Part shown: positions 1 through 13,326 of the stretch, piece after piece
Numbering within the stretch: position 1 is the first letter of the stretch
How the letters are laid out: every line of letters begins with the position of its first letter
DNA from: Saccostrea cucullata
Taxonomy: Eukaryota
NCBI RefSeq assembly: GCF_032062105.1
Contig: NW_026927173.1
Location: 124,001 to 188,000 of the forward strand
Direction: 5' to 3'
DNA: 64,000 nt
Program-made: the position numbers and the translations under genes
The notes under the pieces: generated by a model
What the model was told of the DNA's origin: nothing
The model's input: the letters and a program-made list of their open reading frames with translations, nothing else
Database searches by the model: none

Positions 1-802
1 TAATGTAAATTCAGATTTGTTCAAATCATGACCCCCCGGGGTAGGGTGTGGCCAAAATGGCCGATCAAAGTTTTACATAGGAATATATTGGAAAAATCTT
101 TAAAAATCTTCTTCTCAAGAATCACTGGGCCAGGAAAGATGAAACTCATGTGGAATCATCCTCAGGTAGTGTAGATTGAAGTTTATACAAATCATGACCC
201 CCGGGGGTAGGGTGGGGCCAAAATGGCCGATCAAAGTTTTACATAGGAGTATATTGGAAAAATCTTTAAAAATCTTCTTCTCAAGAACCACTGGGCCAGG
301 AAAGATGAAACTCATGTGGAATCATCCTCAGGTAGTGTAGATTGAAGTTTTTACAAATTATGACCCCCAGGGGTAGGGTGGGGCCAAAATGGCCGATCAA
401 AGTTTTACATAGGAATATATTGGAAAAATCTTTAAAAATCTTCTTCTCAAGAACCACTGGGCCAGGAAAGATGAAACTCAAGTGAAATCATCCTCAGGAG
501 TGTAGATCGAAATTCGTACAAATCATGACCCCCGGGGGTAGGGTGGGGCCAAAATGGCCGATCAAAGTTTTACATAGGAATATCTAGGGAAACCTTTTAA
601 AATCTTCTTTTCAAGTACATTAAAGCCATGCTTAGTGATATTTATAGGGAATCATCTTAGGTAGTGTAGATTCAAGTTTGTTAAAATCATGACCCCCTGG
701 GGGGTTAAAATTCATGCCCCCTCCCCCCTCAGTTGTGATCTGATGTGTGCTTTTTCTTAGCCAATTACTCAGGTGAGCGATGTGGCCCCTGGGCCTCTTG
801 TT
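1..802 (+). mobile_element. Non-autonomous Helentron-associated element (HINE-type) carrying a ~166-bp tandem satellite (Cg170-like); 5' part lies outside the window
   Basis: Motif aaatcatgacccc recurs at about 23, 189, 355, 520 and 684 (period ~166 bp). The array ends in ctcaggtgagcgatgtggcccctgggcctcttgtt (subterminal motif plus GGCCC-CT-GGGCC hairpin), the same terminus seen at 22957-22991 and inverted at 44421. Confidence 0.85.
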
Positions 803-956
803 GTAACATGTTTGGGTGGATATGGATTGGAAATAACACCACAGATTGTGCAACACAGTCATTATATGAACGAATCTTTCCCTGTGCAGTGCCATTGCTT
901 CAAACAGAGATAACAGCCTTTGAAGTTTCTATATATATATCTATTTATTTTCAAAG

Positions 957-3646
957 CTCTGCGGGAGAAAATGAAAACAAATAGACTGAGTCTAGAAGGC
1001 TTTGGGAAGAGGGTCCAGGAATTGGAGGGCAATCTACAAAATAAAGTGAGTACAAAGAAATTGGCCGGAAGAGATAAAATTTCTGATTAGAAAACATTTT
1101 AAACAATAAAAAATGCTGAAAGGGACTTAAAATTTACATCTTAATTGACAAGATTTTTGATTACACAACATCCATGATAATTTGAAGTTTTAGTTTATTT
1201 ACTATTAGTTATTAGTAATCAGTTTACCACTCTCTTTATCCTTGTAGCAACTGACCATTGAAGAGCTGCAAAGGCAACTACATTATGCCAAAATTTGTCA
1301 GCAGGATGAAATTAAGGTATGTTTTGAATTTGATCTGATACACCTGTACAATTATTATTACCCAGCTTTGAATCCGTCGTTTTTACTATTGATTTTACAC
1401 AATCATGTGACTTTGTGATCCGACTTAAGAATTTTTAAATGTGTTGTTTGTTCCCTATATCATTTAAAATGTGCCTATTGTTCCTTAGACCAATATATGT
1501 AAATGTGCCCATTTTAGGCTGTGGAGGATAAATACAACAGCATATGCAGCATTAACCAGAGACTGGAGGGGCAAATTATGTCCCTCTATGGTCAGATAGA
1601 CCAACTGCAACAGCCTAAACAGGCCAAAAGTAAGTAGTATTACTACCATATCAATGTATAGACAAATAGACCAACTGCAACAGCCAAAACAGGTCAAAAG
1701 TAAGTAGTATTACCACCACATCATTGTATAGACAGATAGACCAACTACAACAGCCAAAACAGGCCAAAAGTAAGTAGTATTACCACCACATCATTGTATA
1801 GACATACCAATTGACAAACTAAAGCAGTCAAAACAGCCCAAAGGAAGTAACATTTACCCACCATATCATTTTATACAAGTTCATGTACTCTGTTTATTAT
1901 AACATTATATATAGGTAGATATCATAAATAAAGCTGGGTAGAACTGCAATAAACTATTTTATTTTACTTTTACATGTAATACAGTATTAAGAGACATGTC
2001 TTAGGGATTTTTATTTTATTATTAGGCTGAAATCTCACAAAATAGGTAACTTCTAGCTTAAAGTTTATAGCAAGTTTTATAAAATGGAACAATAAAAATG
2101 CATGCAAATATATCTGAAACATGCTTTTAAAAAAATTTTTATTGTCTAAAGAACTTTTACAGTTACTGGTATGTCTTTTGAGCATGTCTTTAAATTATAC
2201 AAGAAACATTTTCTGCCTCTCATTCTTTAATTGCAGCAGTTTGATCCTTATTAAATCTCGGTATTACTAACTTTATTTCTTCATAAAATGAAAAACAACT
2301 TTTAATATTTAACTATAAAAGCCTGTTTGCTTGCTGTCCAAAAGAGGTACACATATTTGACTTTAAGGTCAGTGGTCAAGGTTATATGTGGTTATATTTG
2401 TCAGATTTGTTAAATGCTAATAAACCCACATGTGAAATATCATACCTTGGACATGATTACATGTGAAAACCAAGAAAGATGAAGAAATAGAACAAAGCAA
2501 ATCAGACAAGTTCTAGGACCAGGCAAACAAAAACTAGAATAAAGCTCATTTTTCCTTCAAGTGGAGAGATTGGTAGAATGTCTCCTAAAATTAAGTGTTT
2601 ACCTGTCTCCTTTGTTAATATAGCTGTAAGAGGATACCGTTACTGGTTCAGTATTTATATCCTTAATTACATAGATTTGGACATCCAACATACATGTATT
2701 TAACCCTATACGATTCCAGTCTCATATTGCTACTTTGATCTTTCGAAGCTGTTGGAGAAAACTTACTGATTCAAAGGTCAGAATCTCAAGATTCAAAGGC
2801 AGTGATAAATGATACTTTGTACTGGATCTAATATAAAATATTAATACCCTATATTCGGAGACAGTACCCAAGAACTTGTGAAAAAAAAATGAAGCATGCA
2901 TTGCACCAGCTCTTGTAAATCTGTATCAAGTGATGCTGCGATCATTCAAGAATCATTCCTGCACAAGTTAATTACTCGGTAACAAATACCATCATCACTC
3001 CATCTCTTTGCAGCATATCTCTTAATTTCAAGTCTTTGCATGAAAAACTTCAAAATATGTATTTATATCCATATGTTATTGTAATTACAGTAATAAAACA
3101 AAGTGTTTAAAAACAAAACACCTACAAGTTTCAAATTAAAATAAAAAGTACATCATTGAAATGACAAGATGCCTAATTTAACAAAGCATTTGTTGTTTAC
3201 TTGTATCAATATTGTATATTTATTAAGCATGTTAAAATGAATATTAATATTCACTGTTTACAGTTTCCATTCCACAACACCACCATGTATCAGATGATAG
3301 CACACCCAGAGAGAGAACAGGATCTGTGCCCTCCAAGCCCCCCAGCGTCAAACCTCTACTTACAAAGATCAGTAGTGTCCCCTTAGGATGTGGACTGGCA
3401 GGTCCCCCACCCACAGGGGTCAGGACAGGTCAGGAGGGGTCAAGGTCACACCATTCAGACACAGGGAAGTCAAGGTCGGAGGTGACAGGAGCACACCTGA
3501 GTGGGCGGACAGAACGGTCAGAGGATGCTGTGTCTGTATCCTCCACGGAATCGATGGGGTCCTCTGGGGTCAGGCGGGGGAATATACTCCACAGTGATGG
3601 AGAGGAAAAGTCACTGTCCTCTAAAGACAGTGGTTATAATAAATGA
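957..3646 (+). CDS. TSC1: Hamartin (tuberous sclerosis 1), last four coding exons: 957-1045, 1248-1316, 1518-1629, 3264-3646; 5' exons are outside the window
   Basis: GT-AG exons join in phase to give ..KRVQELEGNLQNKQLTIEELQRQLHYAKICQQDEIKAVEDKYNSICSINQRLEGQIMSLYGQID.., which aligns by eye with the human TSC1 coiled-coil end ([58 protein letters not shown]). A Ser/Gly/Pro-rich tail follows. Confidence 0.8.
1597..1875 (+). repeat. ~70-bp tandem repeat (3 good copies plus 1 degenerate) spanning a TSC1 exon end and splice donor
   Basis: atagaccaactgcaacagcc.aaacagg.caaaa|gtaagtagtattac.acca.atca.tgtatagac starts at 1597, 1667 and 1737. Confidence 0.9.
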
Positions 3647-5589
3647 CTGCCATGTGTTCCAGCTTTTGTAATGGTCTTTCTTAAAAAGAACTTAGAGTTT
3701 ATGTTTTGATAATGTTAACCATGATGTCTTTAGAAATTAACACAGTTAAAAATGTTTTATGATCATACTGGAAACTAGCATTTATTGCCAGACTAGAAAT
3801 ATTCATGATTTTTGCATTCTTCTTTTATGCTATCATTTGTGTGTAACTCGATCTGCCTGCTTTATAAGTTGTATGCCAGCATGCTTAATTTGCATTACTG
3901 GAATAATGTGTGTGTACAAGTGTACTGCAAAACAGTTTATGATGATTTATAAGTAATTGATGGCTCTGTTGCTAGTTTATTATACATCTAATGAGATGCT
4001 GGTTTGTGACCAGTCTATACAGAGACATCTCTACTTCTGTGTATGTGAGATCCACACATAAAAAGGGTAATTTTGAACTTACAATCAAAACTTTTTATGT
4101 AGATGATACTTTTCTAGTTAAAGAGTCAGTGGCCAATTAAATCTATTGATATTTCTTAGAAATATGAACAATTATAAAGATCAGGGAACCTTCAATCTTA
4201 ATGTACTAACACAGAGATATAGCCAGTGGAAGAAATGTATTTTAGAATGATTTATTATGAAGTCAGTGCTATTGGTGTTTGATTTTAGAACAATATTTAA
4301 TATGTGCCATATATAATATCATGGAAAGGTCAAGGTCATAGACAGTGATCAGTTTAAGGCTGTGTGTACAATTTGAAGTTTTCCTTGACATTTCCTTTTC
4401 ATAAAGAGAAGATAATCTAGTTGACAAGGAAAGAGGATTTAAATAAATGTGTAGTGAAATATTGGAGAGAATGGAAGATTATTATTATGTGAATGTTCAG
4501 TACCAATGATATAAAAATCTAGTCAGTGGACTTTTTGCCAGCAGTATTTGTATGTTATAGCATTTTAAAAATGTTTGTTATAATTAAGACAAATAAAAGG
4601 TACAGATTTGATGTTTTTTGTGCATATTTCATATTTACACATATTTGCAGATCAATTGCAACTTCTCAGGCCTTTCTGACAAGTGGAAAAACAACCTCAA
4701 ATGTATTATGTAGATGCCATGACAACCCCCTTTTCACAAAATTTGAAATAAACGTGGGAGGACCTCTTATCTCTGGTGTATGGAGTTAAACTTTATTCAA
4801 AGTAAAGATATTTACCTAAAGTACACTTTAGAAGGGATTTGTTACTCTGTCTAACCTATATTTAATAAACAGGAAGATGTATAAATTTTTAACATCCGGT
4901 GATTGTTTTTTCTGACCTCTGACGGAAAGACCAGAGATGATGCCATTGATTTGCAGATATGGATATACAGCAGTTACAGATAGATAGTATTTGAGAGTTA
5001 TTTATCAGTAATATTGAATTTTTGCCATTGGATCCTACAAGTTCTCTATTAATATGTGCCATACAATTTGGCAAGGATTATATCTCTACTTTAAGGGTTA
5101 AGAAATGAACCTCAAGCACATTTAAATATGTTTCTTGAAGAGATTTCTGAAGGAGCTGAACTTGAAAATCCCATTTCATTGATTTTAACTTAAATATATT
5201 GGGATTTATCAGGATTTTAATTTGACATGTGGATAACCTGTGACATGACCTTTCAGAAAGACCAATCATTTTTTACAATCATGAATTTGACCTTGAAATA
5301 TTTTATTATGTTGAAAGTTGCAGTAAACAAGCAAATTCAAAGAAAGTTGGATAGGCAAAAATTTTTTATATATTCTTGAACAAATCTTTGAAATTATCAC
5401 CGAAGTTGATTTTTTTTTTTTTAAATCAGGTCAATCGTGAAAAGGTAATGATTAACACTCACAGGTAATGCACATGTCATATATGAAAGCCCTATCTCTT
5501 CTCAATATAATGTTTGTTTGAATGGCAACATAACGAAGATTAAAATTTTTTTGAATGCAAATTAAATATATTATTACCCAAAGTGGGGT

Positions 5590-6867
5590 TTTTCTCACAA
5601 GAAATATGATGTGAAATACAAAATCCCTAGCACCACCTGTTCAAAATTTATAGTCGAGGATAAATTTTTTTTCCAACGTGAAAGGGTCTGAATTGTTGGT
5701 TTCTTAAGAAAGGTCTTGTCACAAATAATACATATGTGAAGGATGAAAACCCTAATCCTAACCATTAAAAAGTTATGGCAAAAATTGAAGTTTTTTACAA
5801 AGTAGGTCAACTCCAAGGTCAAGATCAAAGGGTCAAAGTTGTTGATATCCAATGAAAGGTCTTCTCACAAGGATTATATATGTGAAGTATGAAAGCCCTA
5901 GCCCTTACCATTCAAAAGTTTTGACCAAAGTTAAAGTTTTTTCATAAGTACAGAGATGTCCAAGGTCAAAAGGTCAAAGTTGTCGGTATCCAATGAAAGG
6001 TCTTGCCACAAAGAGTACATAAGTGAAATATGAAAGTCCTAGTATCTACCGTTCAGAAGTTGTGACCAAGGTTAAGTCCTAGTATCTACCGTTCAGAAGT
6101 TGTGACCAAGGTTAAAGTTTTTTAAAAAATAGTTAAAACTCCAAGATCAAGGTCAAAGGGTAAAAGTCCTTGGTATCCAATGGAAGGCCTTCTCGCAAGG
6201 ATTACATATGTGAAGTATGAAAGCCCTAGCCCTCATCGTTCAAAAGTTATGCAAGGTTAAAGTTTTCTCATAAGTACGTAAATCTCCAAGGTCAAGTCAA
6301 AAGGTCAAAGTTGTTGGTATCCAATAAAAGGTCTTGCCACAAAGAATACATATGTGAAAAATAAAAGTCCTAGTATCTGCCGTTTAAAAGTTGTGACCAA
6401 GGTTAAAGTTTTTAAAAAGTAGTTAAAATTCCAAGGTCAAGGTCAAAGGGTAAAAGTTCTTGGTATCCATGAAAAGGTCTTCTCACAAGGATTACATATC
6501 TGAAGTACGAAAGCCTTAGCGCTTACCGTTCAAAAGTTATGGTCAAGGTTAAAGTTTTTTCATAAGTATGTAAATCTCCAATGTCAAGGTCAAAAGGTCA
6601 AGGTTGTCGGTATCTAATGAAAGGTCTTGTCACAAAGAATACATATGTGAAATATAAAAGTCCCAGTACCCACCATTTAAAAGTTATGGCCAAAGTAAAA
6701 GTTTAGAATTTTTGTTTAAAAGTGGGTCAAACTAGGTGCAAATTTGGTGGTACCCAAAGAAAACACAAACGTGTGAAATATTGTATATATAAGTTAACAA
6801 GGTTAAAGTTTTTGTGAAAAATAGACAGGTTCATGTCCCCCTCGCTTTCGCGAAAGCGGGGGACAAG
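5590..6867 (+). mobile_element. HINE/Helentron-type element with a ~146-bp tandem array organised as alternating A/B monomers
   Basis: Repeated gtatccaatgaaaggtctt..cacaa..tgtgaa.tatgaaag.cctag..caaggtcaa units. Terminal hairpin gtccccctcgctttcgcgaaagcgggggac at about 6835-6865. Confidence 0.8.
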
Positions 6868-7082
6868 GAAATATGGCAATAATAACTGTTTGAGGAATTT
6901 TTTTAACAGTTTTATTCAAAAATATATCAATGGACAGTCAATTTGAATTCAATAAAAACCTTTTGCTATGTACATGTGAAATATCACTCCATAAACAATT
7001 TAAATGTATACTTTTTTACATTCTGTAAAATAAAAACAGTATGTATATTTTTCACACAATAATAAAAGTTGATAAATAAGTC

Positions 7083-10000
7083 TCAGATTTTAATGTTCTC
7101 CATGTCCTCTTGGAGTTGTCTTTCTCTCTCCTCCTTCATTGCTTTACCGTGTTTTTTCGTTATATTATAAGGCAGTAACTCTGGGTTTAAGATTTTAAAC
7201 GGAACGTCTGTCTTTTCTGCCTCCTCAGACTTGTTTAGCAGAGATCTGTAATAGTCCATGTCATATCCCCGGAACGGAAAGTTACCCTCCATGTACCCTG
7301 TCAAATATTCAACAATCAGATTTAATCATTCTTCCTTTGCTTCATCAGCCAGTGGATTTAGTATCCATGAAGTCAATCAAAATTCCTCTGAAGACATAAA
7401 TTATGTAAATGTACTTTGTGCATCCCCCCACTGTCCCAAAAATACAGCAAAAATTAGTATGGTAATCTCAATAAGCTAAAAATATTGCATTTCAAATTAA
7501 CTTGTAGCTTAATCAACATATGATAAGTGTGTGTTGAATACTGATTGTACATGTATTAGATAATGCTTACCACTCTCTATAGCCAGTTCTGTCTCCCTGA
7601 TGAGATTTCTCTGCTGTTTATAACAAACTCCTGTCTTCCTGTTGTCGGAGACCTTGATTGAGTTGGCATCTAGAAACTCCTTTAGCAGTCTAGGATGCTG
7701 AAAAAGGAGCAGAAATACACATATGAATTCGTACATTACTCATTTAACCAGTTATAATTTAAATGGTGCATTGTGCATCAAAGGTTTCAGAATAGTAATG
7801 GGCATAATGGCTCACCCTGTGGTCAACCACCAGATAAACATCTCGGCACACAGGACATGGGTTGTTTGTCAGGAACACACCTTTATGCTACACAAAGATA
7901 TAAAATATTTCTATATTCAATGTAAAGAAATACTCATGAAATAAATCTTAATTTCCTGATTTCATATCCATACCTTTCAGTTACAATCAGCCTATTATGA
8001 CCTTAGAGGTCACAGTATTACCATAAATTAAAGGGGAAATACTCTTACTTGTGTTTCAAATTTACTTCCACAAAAATCAACATGCTGATTCAAAAAGTGA
8101 TCAAGAAGTAAAATCTGAAGCTTGTTATAAATATATGTTGTTAATTAATCACAAAGAAGCCATTACTCAAAGAATTTTATTTTTGATGTATCCTTGTTCT
8201 CTTTTTTTTCCAGAAAGCTACAGTTCTGCAGTTTGTTTCTTGCATCTAAGCATAGCTTTGTCAGTCTGAATTTATTTCACAAGACTAGGTAACGGGTCAA
8301 TTTCACTGAACAAAATTTGTGTAGATTCTCCCTTACTTCCTAGATTGATTGGTAATGAACAAGACTAATTCCTTTACTTATCAAGATTTCAATAATACCT
8401 GACATACAACATAAGACATTGGTAATTGAAGCTAAATACCTCACAATGATTTGGAGATATTCAAATCATAATACACTGTATTAAGCCTTCAGTAAAAATT
8501 CTAACTTACAGTACAGGTGTACCGAGGCCGTGGCATTATGTTCCCTTTGTAGTTCCTTTTGTATCTCATCCATATTCTGTTTGACCCGTAAGCTTTCCTA
8601 AATGCTGAAGAAAGAAAAAGTTTAATTCTCATTTCTCAAAAATATCCTTTTCATTTCAATACCTCAATCATTTTCTTTCAAATGAACAAAACAGAAAATT
8701 AAAATACTATAGTTTCATATATTTTTCATCTGCACAAAAATACATAAAAATTTTTTTTTTTTTCCTCGAAGAAAATCATGCCTTAGACTTCATTGGTGAA
8801 AATTTTTTAAAGAGACATTACTCAAGTTCTACTAAAATTCATGTATTCTGAATAAAAATGCCTGTACAATAATGATATCATAAGGTGTAAAAGAATTTAC
8901 AGACCAGCACTGTCAAAGTACTTGATGCTTTGTTGGTAAGTAACATCAGGTTTCCGTTTCTTCTTGTAAGCAAACCCTCCGTAGACTCGGCCGAGTTCCT
9001 CCGAGTCTTCCTGGTCCTCCGAATCCTTCCACTTCAGTGACATTGATCTGGTACCAGACACGGCCAGCTAAACATACATATTTACATTTTAAAAATTCTT
9101 TGTCTGAACTAAGACTACAAATAGTGAAAATACGTGTACTTGATTTCTACATGAAGCTACTGGTTCATTGATAGGCATTGTTAAAAAAAATCAGAGAGAC
9201 AGAAGTTGGCAGAGCTTACACTGAATACTCAAGTCCAGCACAATCTCTTGAATTAGCTATATAGCTTAATTAAGGTATTCAAAAATAGTTAGATTAGATA
9301 AAGCTATTTTAAAGATGAAATAAAATTTCTTATATTATATTTTTTGTGTGATATGCTATCAAAATATATAATTCGTGATAGCATAGGCTAGTATCCTCGA
9401 GGAACCTATTTCGGTGGTATTAGCAAACTACGCGATAAAATAATCTTGACGGGAAAGATTAAAATAAAACAAATGTAACTAACTTTCGAAGGACTCTTTA
9501 TTTAATCAAATTATTTCCATATTAGCTAATAAAAAACTCTATAATTTGTTTTTCTTGCGATTTCTTTTTTCCTTGTTGTTTACGTAAGCAGAACTGTTGA
9601 GGTACCTAAATCGGTGGTATGGTACTTCTCAAAAGTTTTCACCCTAATAACACGAACCACGGGCATAAATTTATGAACAACGAATATTAAATCGTATACA
9701 TGAACAAAGGGATAAATTACAATTTTATAAAAGTTTTATTTATCATTGTGACAGGGACATAAATAAATTCATCACCACATCTTATAACTTTCGTTGTGCA
9801 GCAAAACTGCAAGTGGATCCAGTGGTTACAATTTTCAAAGTTACACTGAGCCCACTTCACAAAAACAACTTATTCATTTATTTTTTATTCATTTTTTGTA
9901 TTTATTTATTTTACCAACATGAAACTATATAAACTTTTAATAGCTTTCTTTTGATTTCTGAACTAATTTCTATGTATTTGTTTACTAACAATTTACCAAC

Positions 10001-10750
10001 AAGATTTATAAAAATAAACCCCTGGTATCAAAAACATATAACAGACACTAACTTTTGGACATCCTCTGTATTTCTATTTAATTATGCTAGCCACATGACA
10101 GTCACGTGACTTGAAAGCGCAGACGGTAAGCTGCGTCTACAGTATGTATTTCGATTAATTATTTCTTTTAAATCTATATTTAGAAGTCAATTACATTTAG
10201 ATATTTTTAGCATTAATAAAATATGGTATTTTTTGTTGATATGACAATATCGGCCATTTACTTACACTTTTCTCTGGCATTTCGGGTTTTTTTTTCACAG
10301 AGTCGTAAGCTTCCGTGTTTACAAACACTACGCAAAAATCAATGACGTCAGATCTCGCACGGTAAGAAAACGCGCGTGCCCAATGGGAAATACCACCGAT
10401 TTAGGAACCCCACCGTTTTAGGACCTTTGACGATATACAGAAAATATTAACTTCAAATCTGTGTCTATGTACCTTTAACTGTGAGGAATAATTGTAAGAT
10501 TTCTTTCCAGGATGATGGTAAAGCAATTGGCCTGAGTGGTAATTTAATGCATAAAAAAACATTATGACATGGCCATGGGTCAAGCCAAGAATGAACATTA
10601 AAGTGACAAATTTGTCCCTTTTTCGTTGTGTTTTTATCCTTCTCAATCTAAAAACGATTTCATATCTAATCTAAAAAAGAAAATATTAATTACCAGCTTG
10701 GTATCCAAAGAAACTAACTGCTGACATGCTTTCTGAAAAATCTTCAACAT
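7083..10750 (-). CDS. MRPS18B: Mitochondrial ribosomal protein S18B (mS40), ~242 aa; exons 10750-10694, 9067-8905, 8604-8510, 7887-7816, 7697-7571, 7297-7083
   Basis: In-phase GT-AG splicing gives MLKIFQKACQQLVSLDTKL-LAVSGTRSM..YFDSAAFRKAYGSNRIWMRYKRNYKGNIMPRPRYTCT-HKGVFLTNNPCPVCRD..HPRLLKEF..TGVCYKQQRNL, matching S18B motifs (YG..WxxYxRNxKG, NPCPxCRD, TGVCxKQ). The first exon is the least certain. Confidence 0.92.
9594..10415. mobile_element. Non-autonomous TIR DNA element in MRPS18B intron 1
   Basis: ctgttgaggtacctaaatcggtggtat (9594-9620) is the imperfect inverted complement of ataccaccgatttaggaaccccaccg (10390-10415). A third related motif lies at about 9399-9420. Confidence 0.55.
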
Positions 10751-11209
10751 GATTCTACTTTCACTTTGATCTGAATCCTCAGAACGTTTGGTTCAGTCTA
10801 TATCGGTAGAAGGGGGAGTCTTTATTGACACCTATTCTGTGCAAATAGATTCACCCCTAAATTAAAACAATCATTAACTTTGCAAAAATAAGGTTAAGAT
10901 TAATAACAATTTCTTTATAATATGAAAAGTTGATTCATGTATAGCATGCATAAATGGTTATTTTGTCCTCTTTTATTTCTGTATTAGATGCTTTTGTTTC
11001 TTGTAAATTTGACCCAAATTTCTGCATTGTCATACTGTGAGACGAATGGGATAAGTATTTTTCATAAAAAGGAATAAAATGAAATTGCTGATTTTTTTCC
11101 TTGAAATAGATTTATTTGAATTTCTATTTTACAATTTTACAAAAATGAAGTGATTTGAAAAGGAAGTATTCCAAAATGAAGAAAATGAATTTGACAACTC
11201 TTTTCCCAT

Positions 11210-11608
11210 ACTGTTCTCTTTCTTGAGCTCCACCGGTGACGTCACAAAATTGCCGACAGTGCTACCGCATTCGTTCACTGTAACGGCTAGGGATAGGTTG
11301 AAATGTACATGAGATTGGTTGTGTAAATTGCATCTAAATTTTTAATTCCTTTAAATTTATTAGTATTTTTTCTTAAATATTAATCAAAACTATCAACACT
11401 CTTCGCTACATTCTTCACATGTGACAACGACCGTTGGATTTAGCGTTTATAGAAGACTCCATATTGCTTGAAATACTGCTGTTTTGATCTATTTTTCTCA
11501 TGTATAAATTGTGGAACGTGATAATTCCACAATATTTCTTTGACCATAAGTAACCGTATAAAGGCTGAACATAAAGCCTAGACAGGACAAGGATTCACTA
11601 TTTCGATC
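11210..11608. promoter_or_regulatory. Putative bidirectional promoter and non-coding first exons of MRPS18B (-) and PPP1R10 (+)
   Basis: Locally CpG-enriched. CRE palindrome tgacgtca at 11237-11244, inverted CCAAT (attgg) near 11314, plus-strand donor cgatc|gtaagt at 11609, candidate minus-strand donor near 11209. It lies between the two divergent CDSs. Confidence 0.5.
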
Positions 11609-13096
11609 GTAAGTTGTTGGCTGGTTACCATATTGTTTATTTGTATAACACGTTTACCAATTTGATATTGTAATATATTATAAAAGTTAACTATAGATAA
11701 AATCTTATTAAAGAATCTTTCAAATTAGGCCTACATCAAGAATGAGAAAGAAAATGCAAACTCTGTCAGGTGATCGGTCCTCCTAGAGAAGACCGAATAA
11801 CTTATATTTTGTATGGCTTTGACATGTTATAATTGGGTGAAAAATGATATGAGTGTATATCAATGTATTTTTGTCTCTAAACTATTATAATTTCATAAAG
11901 ATTTTTATTGTTTTGTTTATATTTTACTGATAGACAATTTTTAAATGAATTAAATATGGCTGCCGATCTATATTCACGTCAGATTTCAACCACACCGAAA
12001 TGTAGGACAAGTCAACACATGGTTGCGATAACCTGTATAACCATGGAAACCGGGTTGATTGTCATACCCTTTGTCCTGGGGGGATATTGATTTTTTACTG
12101 AGCTTTGACACCCTTATGTGACGTCATATTATACGTCTGACCTTGGGCGGATCAAGGGCGTTGAAAATTACCTAAATAATAAATTTTGTTGTCTGTATCA
12201 AGATATTCAAAAGAGTGGAATAATGTTTGGTAAATAGGATTTGGTTTAAGAGATCATGAGTAATAACAACTAAATAAAATGGTAGGGATTCATACATTTG
12301 AATTTTCATGCAACAAAAAAATTTTATTACTAGCAGAAAAAAATGAAATGTATTTTCCTTTTTCTATAAATATATAATCTTTTCTGCAGAGGATAATTTA
12401 CTGTGACAGTATTCTAAATTAATAGATCATGTTTTATATATGCATAATTAAAAATAAATATATTATTTCAAAATCCATAATTAATTATTAAAATTAAATT
12501 AATAAAGCACTTGTTGAAAAACAGATTTACTAATTGGCATTGTAATCTGACTTTTTAAACTTTTAAAATTTCCTCTAAATTTCAATATATAGTATCAAAA
12601 AGCCTGTTTTGTCTAATGTGCATCATAAAATTTATTTTGTGAATATTACCAAAGAAAAGGCCAATTTAGCAGGACAACTGTATCAGCTTTTGTCTTGATA
12701 TATTAAGTTTACGGTACAAGAAATTTTAAATTTTATCTTTTCATTTTTTCGATTGTAAAATCTTGAAAATTATTCCTTACAGCTTTGACAGTACTGTTGC
12801 AATAATATGAAATGCTTTCACTGGGTATCTTTAAAATATTTATTTCCTTGTCAACTGTTTTTGTAACAAAACTATCATTGTGTTATTTTTGAAATGGAGA
12901 GATTTCAGGAGGAAGAATTTTTATATAAAAGAAAAAAGTAGTTGAAAAGGGGTCTATTAATACCACAATACCTAATACCACAAGTAGTTGAAGTTACAGG
13001 AAAGCATTATGATAATAAAAGGATTAAAAGCATCTTATCGATAAGTTGACTTTGTAAAACGAAAAAAGTTTGCTACTAAAATTCTGATATATATCT

Positions 13097-13326
13097 GAAA
13101 TAGCAGCAGTTCTTTTCTCACCAAATGAATATTTTTTCATGCATACATTTCATCAGAATTATAGTTTGTACACTTTGGAAAAAATAACTTTCTGTACGGA
13201 AAAGAGGAAAATCTCTGAATTTTCCCAACTACAATTCTGATAAAATGAATAGTCAATACATATGAACGTAACAGCATATGCATGAAGAAAATATTCATTT
13301 GGTGAGAAAAGAACAGCTGCTATTTC
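13097..13326. repeat. ~230-bp foldback (nested inverted repeat) element, MITE-like
   Basis: 13097-13145 and 13277-13326 are near-perfect inverted copies (~50 bp). An inner pair atcagaattatagtt / aactacaattctgat is also inverted. Confidence 0.8.

Noticed and set aside
115-895. Near-identical 66-aa ORFs (115-315, 281-481) and neighbouring ORFs
   Set aside because: They are translations of the 166-bp satellite and HINE terminus, not genes. The same applies to 21826-22011 and 22758-23006.
1-6870. Regularly spaced repeats resembling a CRISPR array
   Set aside because: Whole units repeat with no unique spacers, no cas genes are present, and the context is eukaryotic.
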